Assembly (NCBI GenBank): GCA_964270895.1
Contig: OZ185445.1
Reading direction: 5' to 3' (one strand)
Origin: Podarcis filfolensis
Taxonomy: Eukaryota
DNA: 64,000 bases
This document shows, piece after piece, positions 11,377-23,843 of this stretch; within the stretch, counting starts at the first letter, position 1; each line of letters opens with the position of its first letter. Position numbers and translations under genes: made by a program. A model generated the notes under the pieces. The model did no database searches and had not been told where the DNA came from. It saw nothing but the letters and a program-made list of their open reading frames with translations.

Positions 11377-14300
11377 TTTTAAAGGGGTTTTTACGTTTTA
11401 CTTTGTTGTACCACCGTGAACGGTGGTCTGTATTCATGTATTTTTATTTTGTTCTGTTTTATGTTGGTTTGGGGTTGGATAGTGAGGGGGGTGGGGATTT
11501 GTTTTGTTGGTACAATTGTTTTTGGTTTGATTTGTTTTTCTATTTTGTAAATGGAGGTTGGTTTGAGGCTTGGGATTGCTACCGTAGTGGGGCGAGGGAG
11601 GTATGGCGGTGGGGCAGATGTCATAGGCGAAGGGGATTGAGATACGGATATGCTCGTACCCCTTCCAATCTGCGCCCCATCCCGAGGGACGAAGGTAGGG
11701 TGAGCAAGGATTACTCACCTCCGTCACTGGTGTTGTGCAATGCCAGGTCTATAGGCAACAAAACCGCCACCCTGCGAGACTTCTTCACCTTGCAGGGGGT
11801 TGACCTGGCTTGTGTGACGGAGACCTGGGTGCGCGAAGGGGAAACTGTTACCTTACGAGAGATGGCGCCCCCGGGTTTCTCCGTCCTCCACCAGTCGCGG
11901 ACTGTGGGCCGGGGGGGGAGGGGTGGCATTATTAATCCGGGAAGATTGTTCTTTCAGGGCTCTACCCTCGCCATCGATCCCCGGCATTGAATGTGTTGGC
12001 CTAGTGTGGGGCTCCGAGGTGAGCTTGGCTGTCTGGCTGGTGTACCGGCCACCTAGCGCACCAGCAGCCACCCTGTCAGGCCTGCTGGAGGCGGTGGCCG
12101 GCTGGGCCTTGGAGTTCCCTAACCTATTGGTATTGGGGGACTTCAACATCCATGCTGATGCCATTCCTTCCTCACAAGCTCTGGACCTGGTGTCTTCCAT
12201 GGCGACACTAGTGCTCTCCCAGTTTGTTTCGGGCCCCACACATCAAGCAGGCCACACGCTGGATTTGATCTTTGGTGCCGGTATAGATGTGATCATGTCT
12301 CCTTCGATGAAGGTGCCATGGTCTGATCACTACACTCTGAAAGCCAGGATTGATTTTCCACCCCCACCCTGCTTAGGTGGCGAGCCAATTTGGGCTCGCC
12401 CTCAGAGGCTGATGGACCCTGATAGATTCCGTCAGGCCTTGCGGGACCTTGCTCCCCCTGGCGACTCATTGACTGAGCTTGTTGAGGGCTGGAATATCCA
12501 GCTCCTAGCAGCCATCGATGAGATCGCACCTAGGCGCCCTCTGCGACCCCGCAGAAACCGGGCTCCCTGGTTTACCAAGGAGCTTCGGAAAATGAAGCGG
12601 GACCTCAGACGGCTAGAGCGAGTATGGTGGGGTGCCCGTGACGGAGCCTCAAGAACACCTTATAGGGTTTTTATGAAAACCTACGAGATGGCAGTGAAGG
12701 CCGCTAAGAAGTCCTACTTCTTGGCCTCCATTGCCTCCGCTAGCTCTCGCCCGGCGCAATTATTTAGTATAATTAGGTATTTAACGTCCCTTGAAGGACA
12801 GCCAAATTTAAATAACAATTTGACACACAGCTGTGAGGCATTTGCGAGCTTTTTTGCGGAGAAGGTCCTGTTGCTCCGCCATGACCTCCCTGCCAATTTG
12901 GATACAATAAAGGAACTGGAGGCCCCTCGACTGTCCTCGGGTCCAGTATTGGACCACTTTGACTGGATATCCCCAGCCGATGTGGACAGACTCCTCTGAG
13001 CTGGAAAGCCCACCACCTGTCCTCTTGACCTGTGCCCGTCTTGGCTGATTAGAGCGTGTCCAGACGAGGTGCGGGCCCCCCTGGGTGATATCATCAATTT
13101 GTCCCTTGGCACCGGGATATTCCCAGGGGAACTGAAGGAGGCAGTGGTGCGTCCGCTCTTAAAGAAAACATCATTAGATCCCTTAGATCTATCCAATTAC
13201 CGCCCGGTTTCGAATCTTCCATTCCTGGGTAAGGTGATTGAGAGAGCGGTTGCTGAACAGCTTGGTAGGTTTCTGGATGAAACATCAGCTCTCGATCCAT
13301 TCCAGTCCGGCTTCCGCGCTGGTCATGGGACCGAGACGGCTCTGGTCGCCCTAACAGATGATCTCCGCAGGCAGCTGGATCGAGGCGGGTCGGGGCTGCT
13401 GATTCTTCTAGACCTGTCTGCAGCCTTCGACATGGTCGATCACGAACTCCTGGACCACCGCCTTGCCGACGTGGGGATCCAGGGCACAGTCCTTCAATGG
13501 CTGCGCTCGTTTCTCTCTGGTCGGGGACAGAGGGTGGCGCTTGGGGGGGAATTGTCATCGCGCCACTCCTTGGTGTGTGGAGTGCCTCAGGGTGCGATTC
13601 TCTCCCCGATGCTTTTTAACATCTTTATGCGCCCCCTCACCCAGCTTGTCCGGAGTTTTGGGCTGGGTTGCCATCAGTATGCTGATGACACCCAACTCTA
13701 TCTGTTGATGGATGGCCATCCTGACTCGGCCCCAGACACACTGACCAGATGTCTGGAAGCTGTGGCTGGATGGTTACGTGGGAGCCGGTTGAAGTTAAAT
13801 CCTTCGAAGACAGAGGTCCTCTGGCTGGGACGGAGCGATATGGGATTGAGGGGGCAACTCCCATCTCTTGCGGGGGTGCAATTAGTGCCAGCATCGTCCG
13901 TTAAGAGTTTGGGTGTAATCTTCGATACCTCCCTCTCTATGGAGGCGCAGATTACAGCTATAACAAAGGCGGCATTTTTTCATCTCCGCCAAGCTAAGCA
14001 GTTGGCTCCTTATCTCTCTCGCCCTGACCTAGCCACTGTGATCCACACGACGGTCACCTCCAGACTGGATTATTGTAACTCGCTCTACGTGGGGCTGCCC
14101 TTGAGACTGACCCAGAAACTCCAGCGGGTGCAGAATGCCGCAGCAAGACTCCTTATGGGGTCTTCGCTGCGAGATCATATTTATCCGGTACTATACCAGC
14201 TGCACTGGCTCCCAGTGGAGTACAGGATCAGGTTTAAGGTGCTGGTTTTAACCTTTAAAGCCCTATACGGCCTAGGACCCTCGTACCTACGGGACCGCCT

Positions 14301-14706
14301 CTCCTGGTATGTCCCACAGAGAAATTTACGGTCTGCAAATAAAAACATCCTGAAGATCCCAGGCCACAGAGAGGTTAGGCTGGCCTCAACTAGAGCCAGG
14401 GCTTTCTCGGCTGCGGCTCCAATCTGGTGGAACGCTCTGTCACAAGAGATTAGGGCCCTGCGGGACCTGACATCTTTCCGCAGGGCCTGCAAGACAGAGC
14501 TGTTCCACCAGGCCTTTGGTCAGGGCGCAGCCTGACCCCCTCCTCTGGCAATCTGCACAGAATTTTGCTTAATGGTTGCCATCAATTTGATTTTAATTTG
14601 ATCTTAATTAATTTTATAATGAATGTTTTTAGAATGTTGGATTATTTTGATTGTTGTTAGCCTCCCTGAGCCCAGCTTCGGCTGGGGAGGGCGGGATATA
14701 AATAAA

Positions 14707-14756
<50 letters not shown>
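11377..14756 (+). mobile_element. L2-clade LINE, 5'-truncated but carrying essentially all of ORF2, antisense in the POLK intron between exons 5 and 6
   Basis: APE endonuclease motifs (CNARS, VTETW, LGDFN, HTLDL, WSDH), RT motifs (YRPVSNLPFLGKVIERAV, QSGFRAGHGTET, LDLSAAFD, GVPQG, YADD), a short 3'UTR and an (ATT)n tail. 5-bp duplication ATGTG at 11372-11376 and 14757-14761. Confidence 0.95.
11551..14535 (+). pseudogene. L2 ORF2 (EN-RT, about 994 codons) with two inferred frameshifts and one in-frame TGA (12997-12999)
   Basis: ORF-track pieces 11307-11990, 11923-12999 and 13069-14535 tile one protein. The last two share a frame and are separated only by a TGA followed by AGKPTTCPLDLCPSWL. 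Confidence 0.85.
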
Positions 14757-14758
<2 letters not shown>

Positions 14759-15019
14759 GTGGCCAGCATGACAAAACTGCTTCTGGTGCAATGGGACACA
14801 ATGATGAGTGTCAAAGAGCACAGAAACGTCATTTATCGTCCTGCCGCAGCAGTACCTATTTATCTACTTGCACTGGTATGCTTTCAAACTGCTAGAATGG
14901 TAGAAGCTGGGACGGAGCAACGGGAGCTCACCACCATCATGTGGATTTGAATCTCCAACCTTCCGACTGGCAAGCCCAAGAGGCTTAGTGGTTTAGACCA
15001 CAGCGCCACCTGCATGTGC
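14757..15019 (-). mobile_element. Sauria-type SINE, 5' part with tRNA-derived head (split by the L2 insertion)
   Basis: Resumes at ATGTG|GCCAGCATGAC exactly where the 11247-11376 part stops. Right TSD CCCACCAAACTAT at 15020-15032. Confidence 0.9.
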
Positions 15020-15171
15020 CCCACCAAACTATTATGTTTATCAAACTATAACGGCATTTTTAACACTTTGCTTTTCCAGAACAAATTAATTTAATTTAAT
15101 TAATTAAAACATGAAGCTTAACAATCACCATTTGCAGTTCAAGGAACACGTGTAACAAAATAAAATCAGCA

Positions 15172-15262
15172 AGGCTGATATCATAACTATGTCTACTCAG
15201 AAGCAAGTCCCACTGAATTGAATGGGACTTACTCCTGGGTAAGTGGGGTTAGGATTGCACTC
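15172..15262. repeat. Short (~90 bp) imperfect palindromic interspersed repeat; related copies at about 25474-25557 and 59075-59150
   Basis: Self-complementary core AAGTCCCAcTgAatTGAATGGGACTT with similar flanks, recurring in the window. Confidence 0.6.
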
Positions 15263-15302
15263 TAAATCTATGTGCATTCTGCTGTGGAAAGAAATTACGT
15301 AC

Positions 15303-15434
15303 CTCTTTGCTTACTTCTTCATATTTCTTAAAGTTTAATGGCACTATAGTAAGATGTGGGCAGAGTTTCTTGGCAATAAACCCAGGCATGGCTGCACGTA
15401 CCCCAAATCTTCTGGCATGATAATTTGAAGTGGA
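15303..15434 (-). CDS. POLK: POLK coding exon (exon 5 equivalent), STSNYHARRFGVRAAMPGFIAKKLCPHLTIVPLNFKKYEEVSKE
   Basis: tttaAG|tcc...gag|GTacgt, 132 nt, containing the Y-family NYxAR.FGV..AMP motif. Confidence 0.97.
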
Positions 15435-16814
15435 CTTAAAAAGACAAGACATACTTTAAAATCATGCACTGAAGCCATTTTAAATGGCTTGTACATTGCG
15501 GTCAGAATACAGTAACTCATTAGGTATGCCGGGTGGAATCTACACATATATTTAAAAAACGCTGTGAAAATGCTTTTTAAAAAAACTTTTTGAAAAATTC
15601 ATTGATTTTTGCATAGCTCACTTTCGCCATCTAGTGTCACATTAATATACTGCACTTTACCACACATTTAAAATGTCTTATTTGCAGCTGTATAGCTGAG
15701 TCCCTGGGCAAATGTAGAATCACCAAAATCAGGGCAAAAGAAAAAAGATGGCCAGTTGCAGCTGACCTGGAGATCTAACTAAGCATTTTTAGAAATATTC
15801 TGTTAGTATCTTAGGATCTGGCCTAAGTAAGTTCAACTCCATAAATGCAACAGTTCCAACCAGTAGTTCAATATAAGCTCAAAGGGGGCGAGTGTACCTA
15901 CATATACCAATATATTGAGCCAGTATGGGAAACCTCATTCCTGAGTGCCAAATGTGGTCCTCCATGCCGCTCTGTTTGGCTCTCAAACTACTCCCCAGGC
16001 CACACTCCTCACAGAATCTATTTTGCACCTTTACTATTTTGGCCTGGATGAAATGTGCCCTTGAACGTGCCCCTTGCTTGTTCAGCTGGAGGACTAACAG
16101 GGGCATGTGGCTTTGTATAGAAACAAGCCCACCATCTAAAGGTAAAAGTGACATTTGTTGCTCTGCCCACTTTTGCCACTGGCCCCACCCACAAATGTCT
16201 TGTGGCCTTTGGAAGGTTACCCAGAAAGATTTGTAGTACTTAGGCTGAAAAAGGGTTCCCCTGATGCAGTTAGACTGTTTGACTATGGCTGTATACACAC
16301 TCTTGTTTATTATGCATTCAGTGTACTTCCACCACCGATTTGGTAAGTGGTATACACATGACATCTGCCAAAATCCACACCTATCCTGTATCTGTCTTTT
16401 CGTTCCTTAGGAAACACTGTGTTTTGATGTGGTTTTTTCCCCCAAACCAGCAGCAGTCCAAATTGAGAAAAAGAGTGACTTACCTAGCTATGTTTTAAGC
16501 CAGTATTATGTACATTGATCCCCACCCACCATGAATCTCACTGGGTGTCCTTAGGCCAGTCACTATCTCTTGCCTAACTTACTCTACTGGGTTTTCATGA
16601 AAATAAATGATGGTGAGAGAACCATGCATGCTGCCTTAAACTTGCTGAGGGAAAATGTGAGATTAAAATGTAATAAACAAACAAACATAGTTTTCTGAAC
16701 TAACTGTTCAGCTTGAATATCTCTTTACCACAAGTTTAGAAACAAGCTACTTGGAAAAATCGGGCGGGGGGGGGGAGAGAATTGTAGCAAATGTTACCGT
16801 ATATTCCACCTTAC

Positions 16815-16967
16815 CAGCATACTCATTGACCCCACTGCTATGGGCTTGTCCCTCAATTCAGGATTGTCTCTCAGTTCAACAGCTGCATAAAAGGCATCCA
16901 TGTCAATGTGTACAATGGTACAGCTAAGATCACGGCTCTGATCTAACTTCAATGCAAGCTTATCCAT
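16815..16967 (-). CDS. POLK: POLK coding exon (exon 4 equivalent) with catalytic Asp and steric-gate Tyr: [51 protein letters not shown]
   Basis: gttcAG|atg...ctg|GTaagg, 153 nt, containing the HIDMDAFY motif. Confidence 0.97.
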
Positions 16968-17785
16968 CTGAACATAAGTAAATATATACAATTAGATAGA
17001 ATTAGACAAATTTTCTTGTGGCATACAATGATTCTTATCAATATAACACTCTAAAGGAAAGTAATATAATATACAGAGACAAATGGAAAAGATATTTTGG
17101 TAATCTTGCTGTGCGGGAAAACAGTATCTGATTTGGCCAAGACTATAAGAATAGCTTTGGCACTTTAGACATTAACTATTTTAGGACTGCTTTACAGCTT
17201 TACACACAAAGATAAACAATGTAAAGACATAATGGGCCTTGATTCATGACCTCCCCATGCCATTACAAATCATTCAGTTTGCAATGATGTGGAATAAATG
17301 ACATTACAGCTTCTAATCAATGTCCCAAGTCACTGAGGTTTGTCTTACGAAGCAACCACCACGTGACTTCTATGCTGCTTTTAGTTTTTTTATCGTGACA
17401 TGGGAAAATGGTGCACATGCATATGGTAATTATGGTACCAATCTTGCACTCTGTGTATGGGGAAAAGAAGGGCTCAGAGTAACTCATATGAAGCTCTAAT
17501 ATAAACCTAGTATGGCTATTTTATTTTATTTAAGCAATTTATGTAACGCTTAGCTACAATAGTCTCTAAGCAGTGTACAAGAAATACAGTATTGAACGTG
17601 GGGGGGGGGGAGGGATGGTTAAAGCTTCATCTAAAATGCCTGCAGAAACAAAGAAGGCTGCAGTAGGTGGCAGAACTTCAACAGGAAGAGGACCTGTCTG
17701 ACCTGAACAGGAAGGGAGGTCCACAACCTTGGGCCCACAATACTACATGGATGGCACTCTGTGAATATAAGCCATGCATCTGAAT

Positions 17786-18180
17786 TAGGCCTTGGCGGTG
17801 TATTGATACATCATCCAGGACCAGTATGAGGGGCAGACCATGATGGCAGCTTCACCTGGCGGTATATTGTGGGTGAAACCGACGCCGCTTCTGAGTCCCT
17901 CTGCTACCAGTGCCGCTTTCAACATTGGGCCACTGGTAGCAGAAGGACTCAGAAGCAGTGGTGGTTTCACCCATGATCTTTAAACAGCTCCCACCCACCC
18001 AGCTGAGTCAGCCCCAATGCCTCAAGCGCAAGCTGGAGAGGTATGGGGCTCGCTCAGCTGGGGGGTGGGAGCCTTCCTGCCCCCCAGAAGAACCTTACAA
18101 AGAAGCCCCAAGGTCCCGCGGGTGAGGAGCAAGGACCTTGGGGCTTGCTCAGCTGAGGGGAGGGGAACCCTCCTTTTCCT
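17786..18180. mobile_element. Truncated copy of the hAT-like element found at 45442-46145
   Basis: Shares the start TAGGCCTtGGCGGT.TAT, the ATGAGG.GCAGACCATGATG.CAGCTTCAC segment, the internal palindrome and GCTCAGCTGAGGGG motifs. No right TIR found. Confidence 0.65.
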
Positions 18181-18842
18181 ATCATGGACTTTGGGTGATT
18201 GGAAAATTTATACATAAATCTACTTGTTGATAATATATAACATATTTAAAAGCCAACAATATGAATTTGAGCATAAGATCTTGAATATAATCACAGATAC
18301 GTAATAGCTTTTGAAGTAAGGAGGAACAATAATATAAATTTCTCCCACAGTTTTTCTATTCTGTTTTCCTTTTGAATTACCAAATCATTATATTAAATCC
18401 AATTCCAAAGTGCTCCCAGCACTGCATAATAAATAAAATTAAAGAACCTAAATTTTTCTTTTTCTGTATCTAAACCACTGGTATTTACAGATTTTTTCCC
18501 CCTCAGTCATAATGGTCAAGATTGCTGGGAAGGTATGCACTGACCTCACTCCTCACTCCCACCACGACAAGAATAGAAATTCAACAATAGTTTCTGAGAG
18601 CATTAAAGCTGAAGGTTAGCAGACTTGAAAGACGAGTTGAGGCACTTCAGAAGTATGCACACTGAGTTTGGTCAAGAGATTGCTTCACATATCATTCAGG
18701 TTTATCAAACAAGCTTTTATTTATTTAAGTGGTAATGCTTTGTCAAAAGTAATCTTAACTTCATGTTTATATAAGAGGCTAATACCATGGGTTGCCTAAA
18801 AATACTTTCCTCTCCTAAATGAATCAAGTTTATACATATTAC

Positions 18843-18962
18843 CTTTATCTGTGCTTTCATAAGCTGTTGGTCGGTTACTTTACTTTTTAATTTCAGGATT
18901 TTTTCAATTCGCTCATTAACTTGTTGATCTTTCTTCAGCTCATTTTCATAAAATTTAGAACC
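18843..18962 (-). CDS. POLK: POLK coding exon (exon 3 equivalent), N-clasp: GSKFYENELKKDQQVNERIEKILKLKSKVTDQQLMKAQIK
   Basis: ttttgcAG|ggt...aag|GTaata, 120 nt. Matches human GSRFYGNELKKEKQVNQRIE. Confidence 0.96.
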
Positions 18963-19723
18963 CTGCAAAATAGATTTAAATTGTTTAATATCCATCATTA
19001 GCCTTATCTAGTCTAGTGCAGTTTGATATAATTCTTACATAATTATTTTTAAGTTATGGAGAACATTAAAAACACATTTTAAAAATTAAGTCAGCCCCAG
19101 TATTTGTTACACCAGCTTTCAGGATGCCAGACATCACAGCAGTTAGCAGCAAATGAAGGTGGAAGTGGAGTCACTCAATAAAAATTATATGAAGATACTC
19201 AGAGCACCAGCAAAAGACGCTGCCTGAATATTAATTTGCACACACATTTTGTTTGTGTGATGATGCGTTATTTTTGATAAGCCACTGAGCAACATGGTAA
19301 AATGTTATAAATATTGCACTAGGCTAGCATAATGTTACCTAACACAACATCTCATAGGCATTGCAACATTAAATCTGTGTTGCATGCACAATATTCAAAA
19401 TTTGCACAGAAGACAGCAATTTTAAAAAGCAATCAATTATTTGGCATGTCACACTGATTAGAAATAATAATTCAGCTTCATTTTAATTTACAGCGTGCCT
19501 AAAATTTGATAAGCACTGCACAGAGATTAAAGATGAGTCAGTACTTGCATGCAGACATATTCTCTTAACACAGATACACATCCCCCAAAAAATGGATGTG
19601 GAGGATACCTTGCCTTCTTCGCTAAACAATAAAGCATGCTAGTAAAAACCCTACAGTTTTTATTGAATTGTAATCAATACCTGTGAATAGCTAAAGCATT
19701 TGTGAGAGTTTATACAAACAAAC

Positions 19724-19858
19724 CTTGGAAGCTTCCATTATGATTTTGTTGATCTTCTCCTTATCCAGCCCCTGCATTCCAGCTTTGTTATCATTGAGGC
19801 CCAATCTAAGCAGAAGGCCCTCTCTGGAAGAATCATTGCCTTTATCTGCATTTTCCAT
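19724..19858 (-). CDS. POLK: POLK first coding exon (exon 2): MENADKGNDSSREGLLLRLGLNDNKAGMQGLDKEKINKIIMEASK; exon extends into 5'UTR to 19893
   Basis: ATG at 19858, 135 coding nt, donor aag|GTttgt, acceptor ttttttcAG before 19893. Matches human LLLRMGLNDNKAGMEGLDKEKINKIIMEATK. Confidence 0.96.
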
Positions 19859-19931
19859 TGCACAACCAAGTGAACAGATTCTCAGTTCTTGCCCTGAAAA
19901 AACAAACTGCATAATTTTGCTAGATGTACTA

Positions 19932-20173
19932 TAGTGGTACCTCAGGTTACATACACTTCAGGTTACATACGCTTCAGGTTACATACGCTTCAGGTTACAG
20001 ACTCCGCTAACCCAGAAATACTACCTTGGGTTAAGAACTTTGCTTCAGGATGAGAACAGAAAACGTGCAGCGGCGGCACAGTGGCAGCAGGAGTGGTGCT
20101 TCAGATTAAGAACAGTTTCAGGTTAAGAACGGACCTCCGGAACGAATTAAGTACTTAACCCGAGGTACCACTG
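19932..20173. mobile_element. Tigger-type MITE with internal 16-bp tandem repeat
   Basis: TA|tAGTGGTACCTC ... GAGGTACCACTG|TA, containing (CTTCAGGTTACATACG)x~3.5. Confidence 0.85.
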
Positions 20174-22787
20174 TACTGACATTATCACATCATAATGCTA
20201 CAGTACAAGAGAGGGGAACCTTTTTATGTGGCCCGTGGATGCCCTCCCTGTTGGTTGTGGCAACTCCTCTGCTTCTGTGGCAGTCTCAGCAGAGCTATCA
20301 GTGCTCTGAAGTCTGGCCCTTTCTTCCCTACTATTCAGCTGTGGTGAGCAGTTATTAACATCAGGAGACAACAGCCTCGCTACAAAGAATTGTGGGTGTG
20401 AAATAGTGACTGCTGCTGCTCTATGGATGCTCAAAAGTGTATTCAGTGCTGTAATGATTCGGTTCTACAGCACACATTAGGAGCTGGATTCCCACTCACT
20501 CCATTTGCCAGCCCCCTGCTATTCCCCTTGAGTTTCCCCTTCCCACCCCATGCAACTACCAGGCTTGCTTTTCAACTTCCCAATCCCATATCTGAAGCCA
20601 CTTATCTTCTATTCTGCAGCCCTGCTTTCCACCCCATTTCACCTTCAGCCCCCATCTTCATGCTTCCCCACTCCTTTTGTGCAATCCCCTGCACACAAAC
20701 CACCCCGTGGTAACCTCCCACAACATCCTCCTGTCACACAATGCAACTACTAAGCACCCTTTTCACCTTCTACCCAATTATGAATCAGAAGAAGCGCGTC
20801 TCGTATCTCAGGGTGCTGCCAAGATTTCCCTTTACAGTATATAATGTAAATAACTGTACTTCATATTATTATAGATTTATTTTACTTTTTGAATGGATTG
20901 TACACACCTTTAGAACCATAGCCCAAATGATAAAAAAAAAAAAATAGGAAAAATAAGTCAACTGCATTGGAAGATTTTCAGTACATGAATTTCGATCTGC
21001 TAAATTTCTATGGTAACAACACAGAGCACAGGCATATTTTCTATACTACCAAAGTTGGTAAAGTTCAGTTACGATTACGTTATTTAAGAATGTTTATACT
21101 AAATGTCTATCCTTTCAAATTCTTCATTCTACTGAATTCAAATTCTTTGACTTTTCTTCAAGTGGAGTACTAATCTTTATTTTATAAAGAGGTATCCTTA
21201 AAGCAGATTTTAGCTAACTATTAAAGTGAAACTCAATTCAGCAAAAGGCATTCACCAAAGCTTAAGGATCATCAAACCACCTCCACCCATATCTGGGCTC
21301 CTAAATACAAGAATCCTAGAGAGGCACTGTTTGTATCCACTCATAAAATCCTTTGGAACAATCAGGAGCATTCTTTCCACTCAACAGAGCTTTTGCAATT
21401 TTTAAGAGCCCTGGTGGAACACAAGATTCTTGTCAGTTTCAAGAATAGTAATAATGTCAAGGAGAAAGTGTGATTAGCTTGCATGTGCTCAGGAGCTTAG
21501 GATGTTTGGTTTGCCTTAGGCTCTTTCAGATGAATGGCTAAAACTACAGCATTGTTATAGCCTTCATTTAGCAATGAGAGCAAGCGTAAGCATCTTAAGC
21601 ACAGCTTGTAATGCACAATATATTATAGTGTACAACTGAATATTTTTAATCATAGACTAGTAAAACTGAAATTCTAGGCATAATTTCCTTCAAATGGTTG
21701 TAGTTCAGAGTGATCTTTTGATAACATTAATCTAGGCTAGCATTTTTCAATTATGACAGGTTATTCAGATTATTTTGGTTCCATCAGAGCTGACAAGAAC
21801 TTGAATACAAATCCTTTAGGCTTCCCCCGCAACCACACAAAAAGCAGGCTAACGTACCATTTGGCATATACAAATGTGGATGGAGAAAATCTTAGCTTGA
21901 AGCTATAGGGAAAGCAAGGCTTAAAATGCTTTAGAAATAAGATTATGTTGAAGCATCAACAAATAGGGCAACTGTAATTTATGAGACAAAGAAACATGCC
22001 GAAATGTAATATAGGTTTTTCACTTGTTTTCTAAATGGTAGTAACATCCACAGACAATGGCCTGTATACCTCCTCTTCCCCTTAAGCTATAAAAGTATCC
22101 AAAGTATCTACATAGTTTGAATTTGTGAAGTCGTGGAACTGAAAGCCCTTTGCCACTGAGCTACTGCAGCCCAGCCAGTAGCTTTGTGCCACAGAAGTTA
22201 ATGGAGTTTATTTTACACCAATCAATTTAATGGGGACTATTCATTCTTACTGTAAAAACAAAATACTGTAGACCTGATGTGAGGCACATTGGAAAGGAAA
22301 GAAACTGAAAGAGGGAGGAATGTAAGAGATACACTACCCCTTTCCCAGCAGCCCCTCCAATATACTTGCTCTTCCTGGTTGTCATAATTTCAGACTACTC
22401 AGTACCATGTATAGGATGTGGAGGGAACAGAGAAAGCCCTGTAAGTGCACACCTTCAAGATAAGCAATTATGTAATTTGCTCAGTTAATTGTCAAGGGTA
22501 AAATTGTAAATCCAACCTGTAATTAGCTATATACCCAGGACAGTGTTGCAAATTACTATTACTGTGGGAAACACACCTTTGTTTTCAGCAGCAAAGATGC
22601 CAAATGCTTGGACTAGATGGCCCCTGTAGTCTCTTTCCAACTCAACAATTCTATTATTTCCATCTACATTTGCCTATAAATGGTCATGTATGTATTTCTG
22701 GAAATCTGGCAATCAAAATCAAACTCTGCAAGGCTTTTTATTTATCTATCTATCTAATTTATCTTATTTATTTATTTATAGAGATTA

Positions 22788-23045
22788 CCGTATTTTTTGC
22801 TCTATAGGACTCACTTTTTCCCTCCTAAAAATTAAGGGGAAATGTGTGTGCGTCTTATGGAGCGAATGCAGGCTGCGTAGCTATCCCAGAAGCCAGAACA
22901 GCAAGAGGGATTGCTGCTTTCACTGCACAGCGATCCCTCTTGCTGTTCTGGCTTCTGAGATTCAGAATATTTTTTTCTTGTTTTCCTCCTTCAAAAAGTA
23001 GGTGCGTCTTGTGGTCTGGTGCGTCTTATACAGCGAAAAATACGG
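22788..23045. mobile_element. Tc2-type MITE (258-bp variant)
   Basis: TA|CCGTATTTTTTGCTCTATAGG ... TATACAGCGAAAAATACGG|TA. Near-identical reverse complement of 53017-53274. Confidence 0.9.
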
Positions 23046-23198
23046 TAATTTGCCTAGATCAGAAACTGTTGGGTATCAGGCCTAGGCTACCACCTATACA
23101 CGGAAAGCTTCTACAGTTAGAAGCAGAGGGTGAACAGTAATCCTCCCACAACTACAAATCTCTTGCTCATCACCCATTACAGTTATCAAGCTGGATGT

Positions 23199-23438
23199 GT
23201 GTGGTACCTTGGTTTACAAACTTAATCCGTTCTGGAAGTCCGTTCTTAAACCAAAGCGTTCTTAAACCAAGGCATGCTTTCCCACAGCAGCAGGGGACTC
23301 AATTTACAAATGGAACACACTCAACATGTTCTGCTTCCAAGGCAAAGTTCACAACCCAAAACACCTACTTCCAGTTTTGTAGCGTTCTTAATCCAAGTTG
23401 TTCATAAACTAAACTGTTCTTAAACCAAGGTACCACTG
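23199..23438. mobile_element. Tigger-type MITE
   Basis: GTGGTACCTTGGTTTACAAAC ... GTTCTTAAACCAAGGTACCACTG|TA; left end slightly decayed. Confidence 0.8.
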
Positions 23439-23488
23439 TACTGCTAAAGGGAAATTATCCCCACAGCTCTTCATCTGTAAGCAGCCAA

Positions 23489-23843
23489 GGTAAAAGTAAA
23501 GGGACCCCTGACCGTTAGGTCCAGTCGCGGACGACTCTGGTGTTGCGGCGCTCATCTCGCTTTATTGGCCGAGGGAGCCGGCATACAGCTTCCGGGTCAT
23601 GTGGGCAGCATGACTAAGCTGCTTCTGGCAAACCAGAGCAGCGCACGGAAATGCCGTTTACCTTCCTGCCAGAGCGGTACTTATTTATCTACTTGCACTT
23701 TGACGTGCTTTCGAACTGCTAGGTGGGCAGGAGCAGGGACTGAGCAACAGGAGCTCACCCCGTCGCGGGGATTCGAACCGCCAACCTTCTGATCAGCAAA
23801 CCCTAGGCTCTGTGGTTTAGATCACGGTGCCACCTGCGTCCCA
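23489..23843 (-). mobile_element. Full-length Sauria-type SINE
   Basis: Minus strand has an A-box-like head, B box GGTTCGAATCC and an (ACCTTT)-like tail. 11-bp TSD TAAGCAGCCAA at 23478-23488 and 23844-23854. Confidence 0.92.

Noticed and set aside
11853-14492. Antisense and alternate-frame ORFs of 100-160 aa over the L2
   Set aside because: These are shadow ORFs of the GC-rich RT coding sequence.
690-19858. Idea that POLK is a pseudogene
   Set aside because: Eight of nine exons keep human lengths, frames, GT-AG sites and catalytic residues. Only exon 7 is anomalous, and it has a stop-free splice option.
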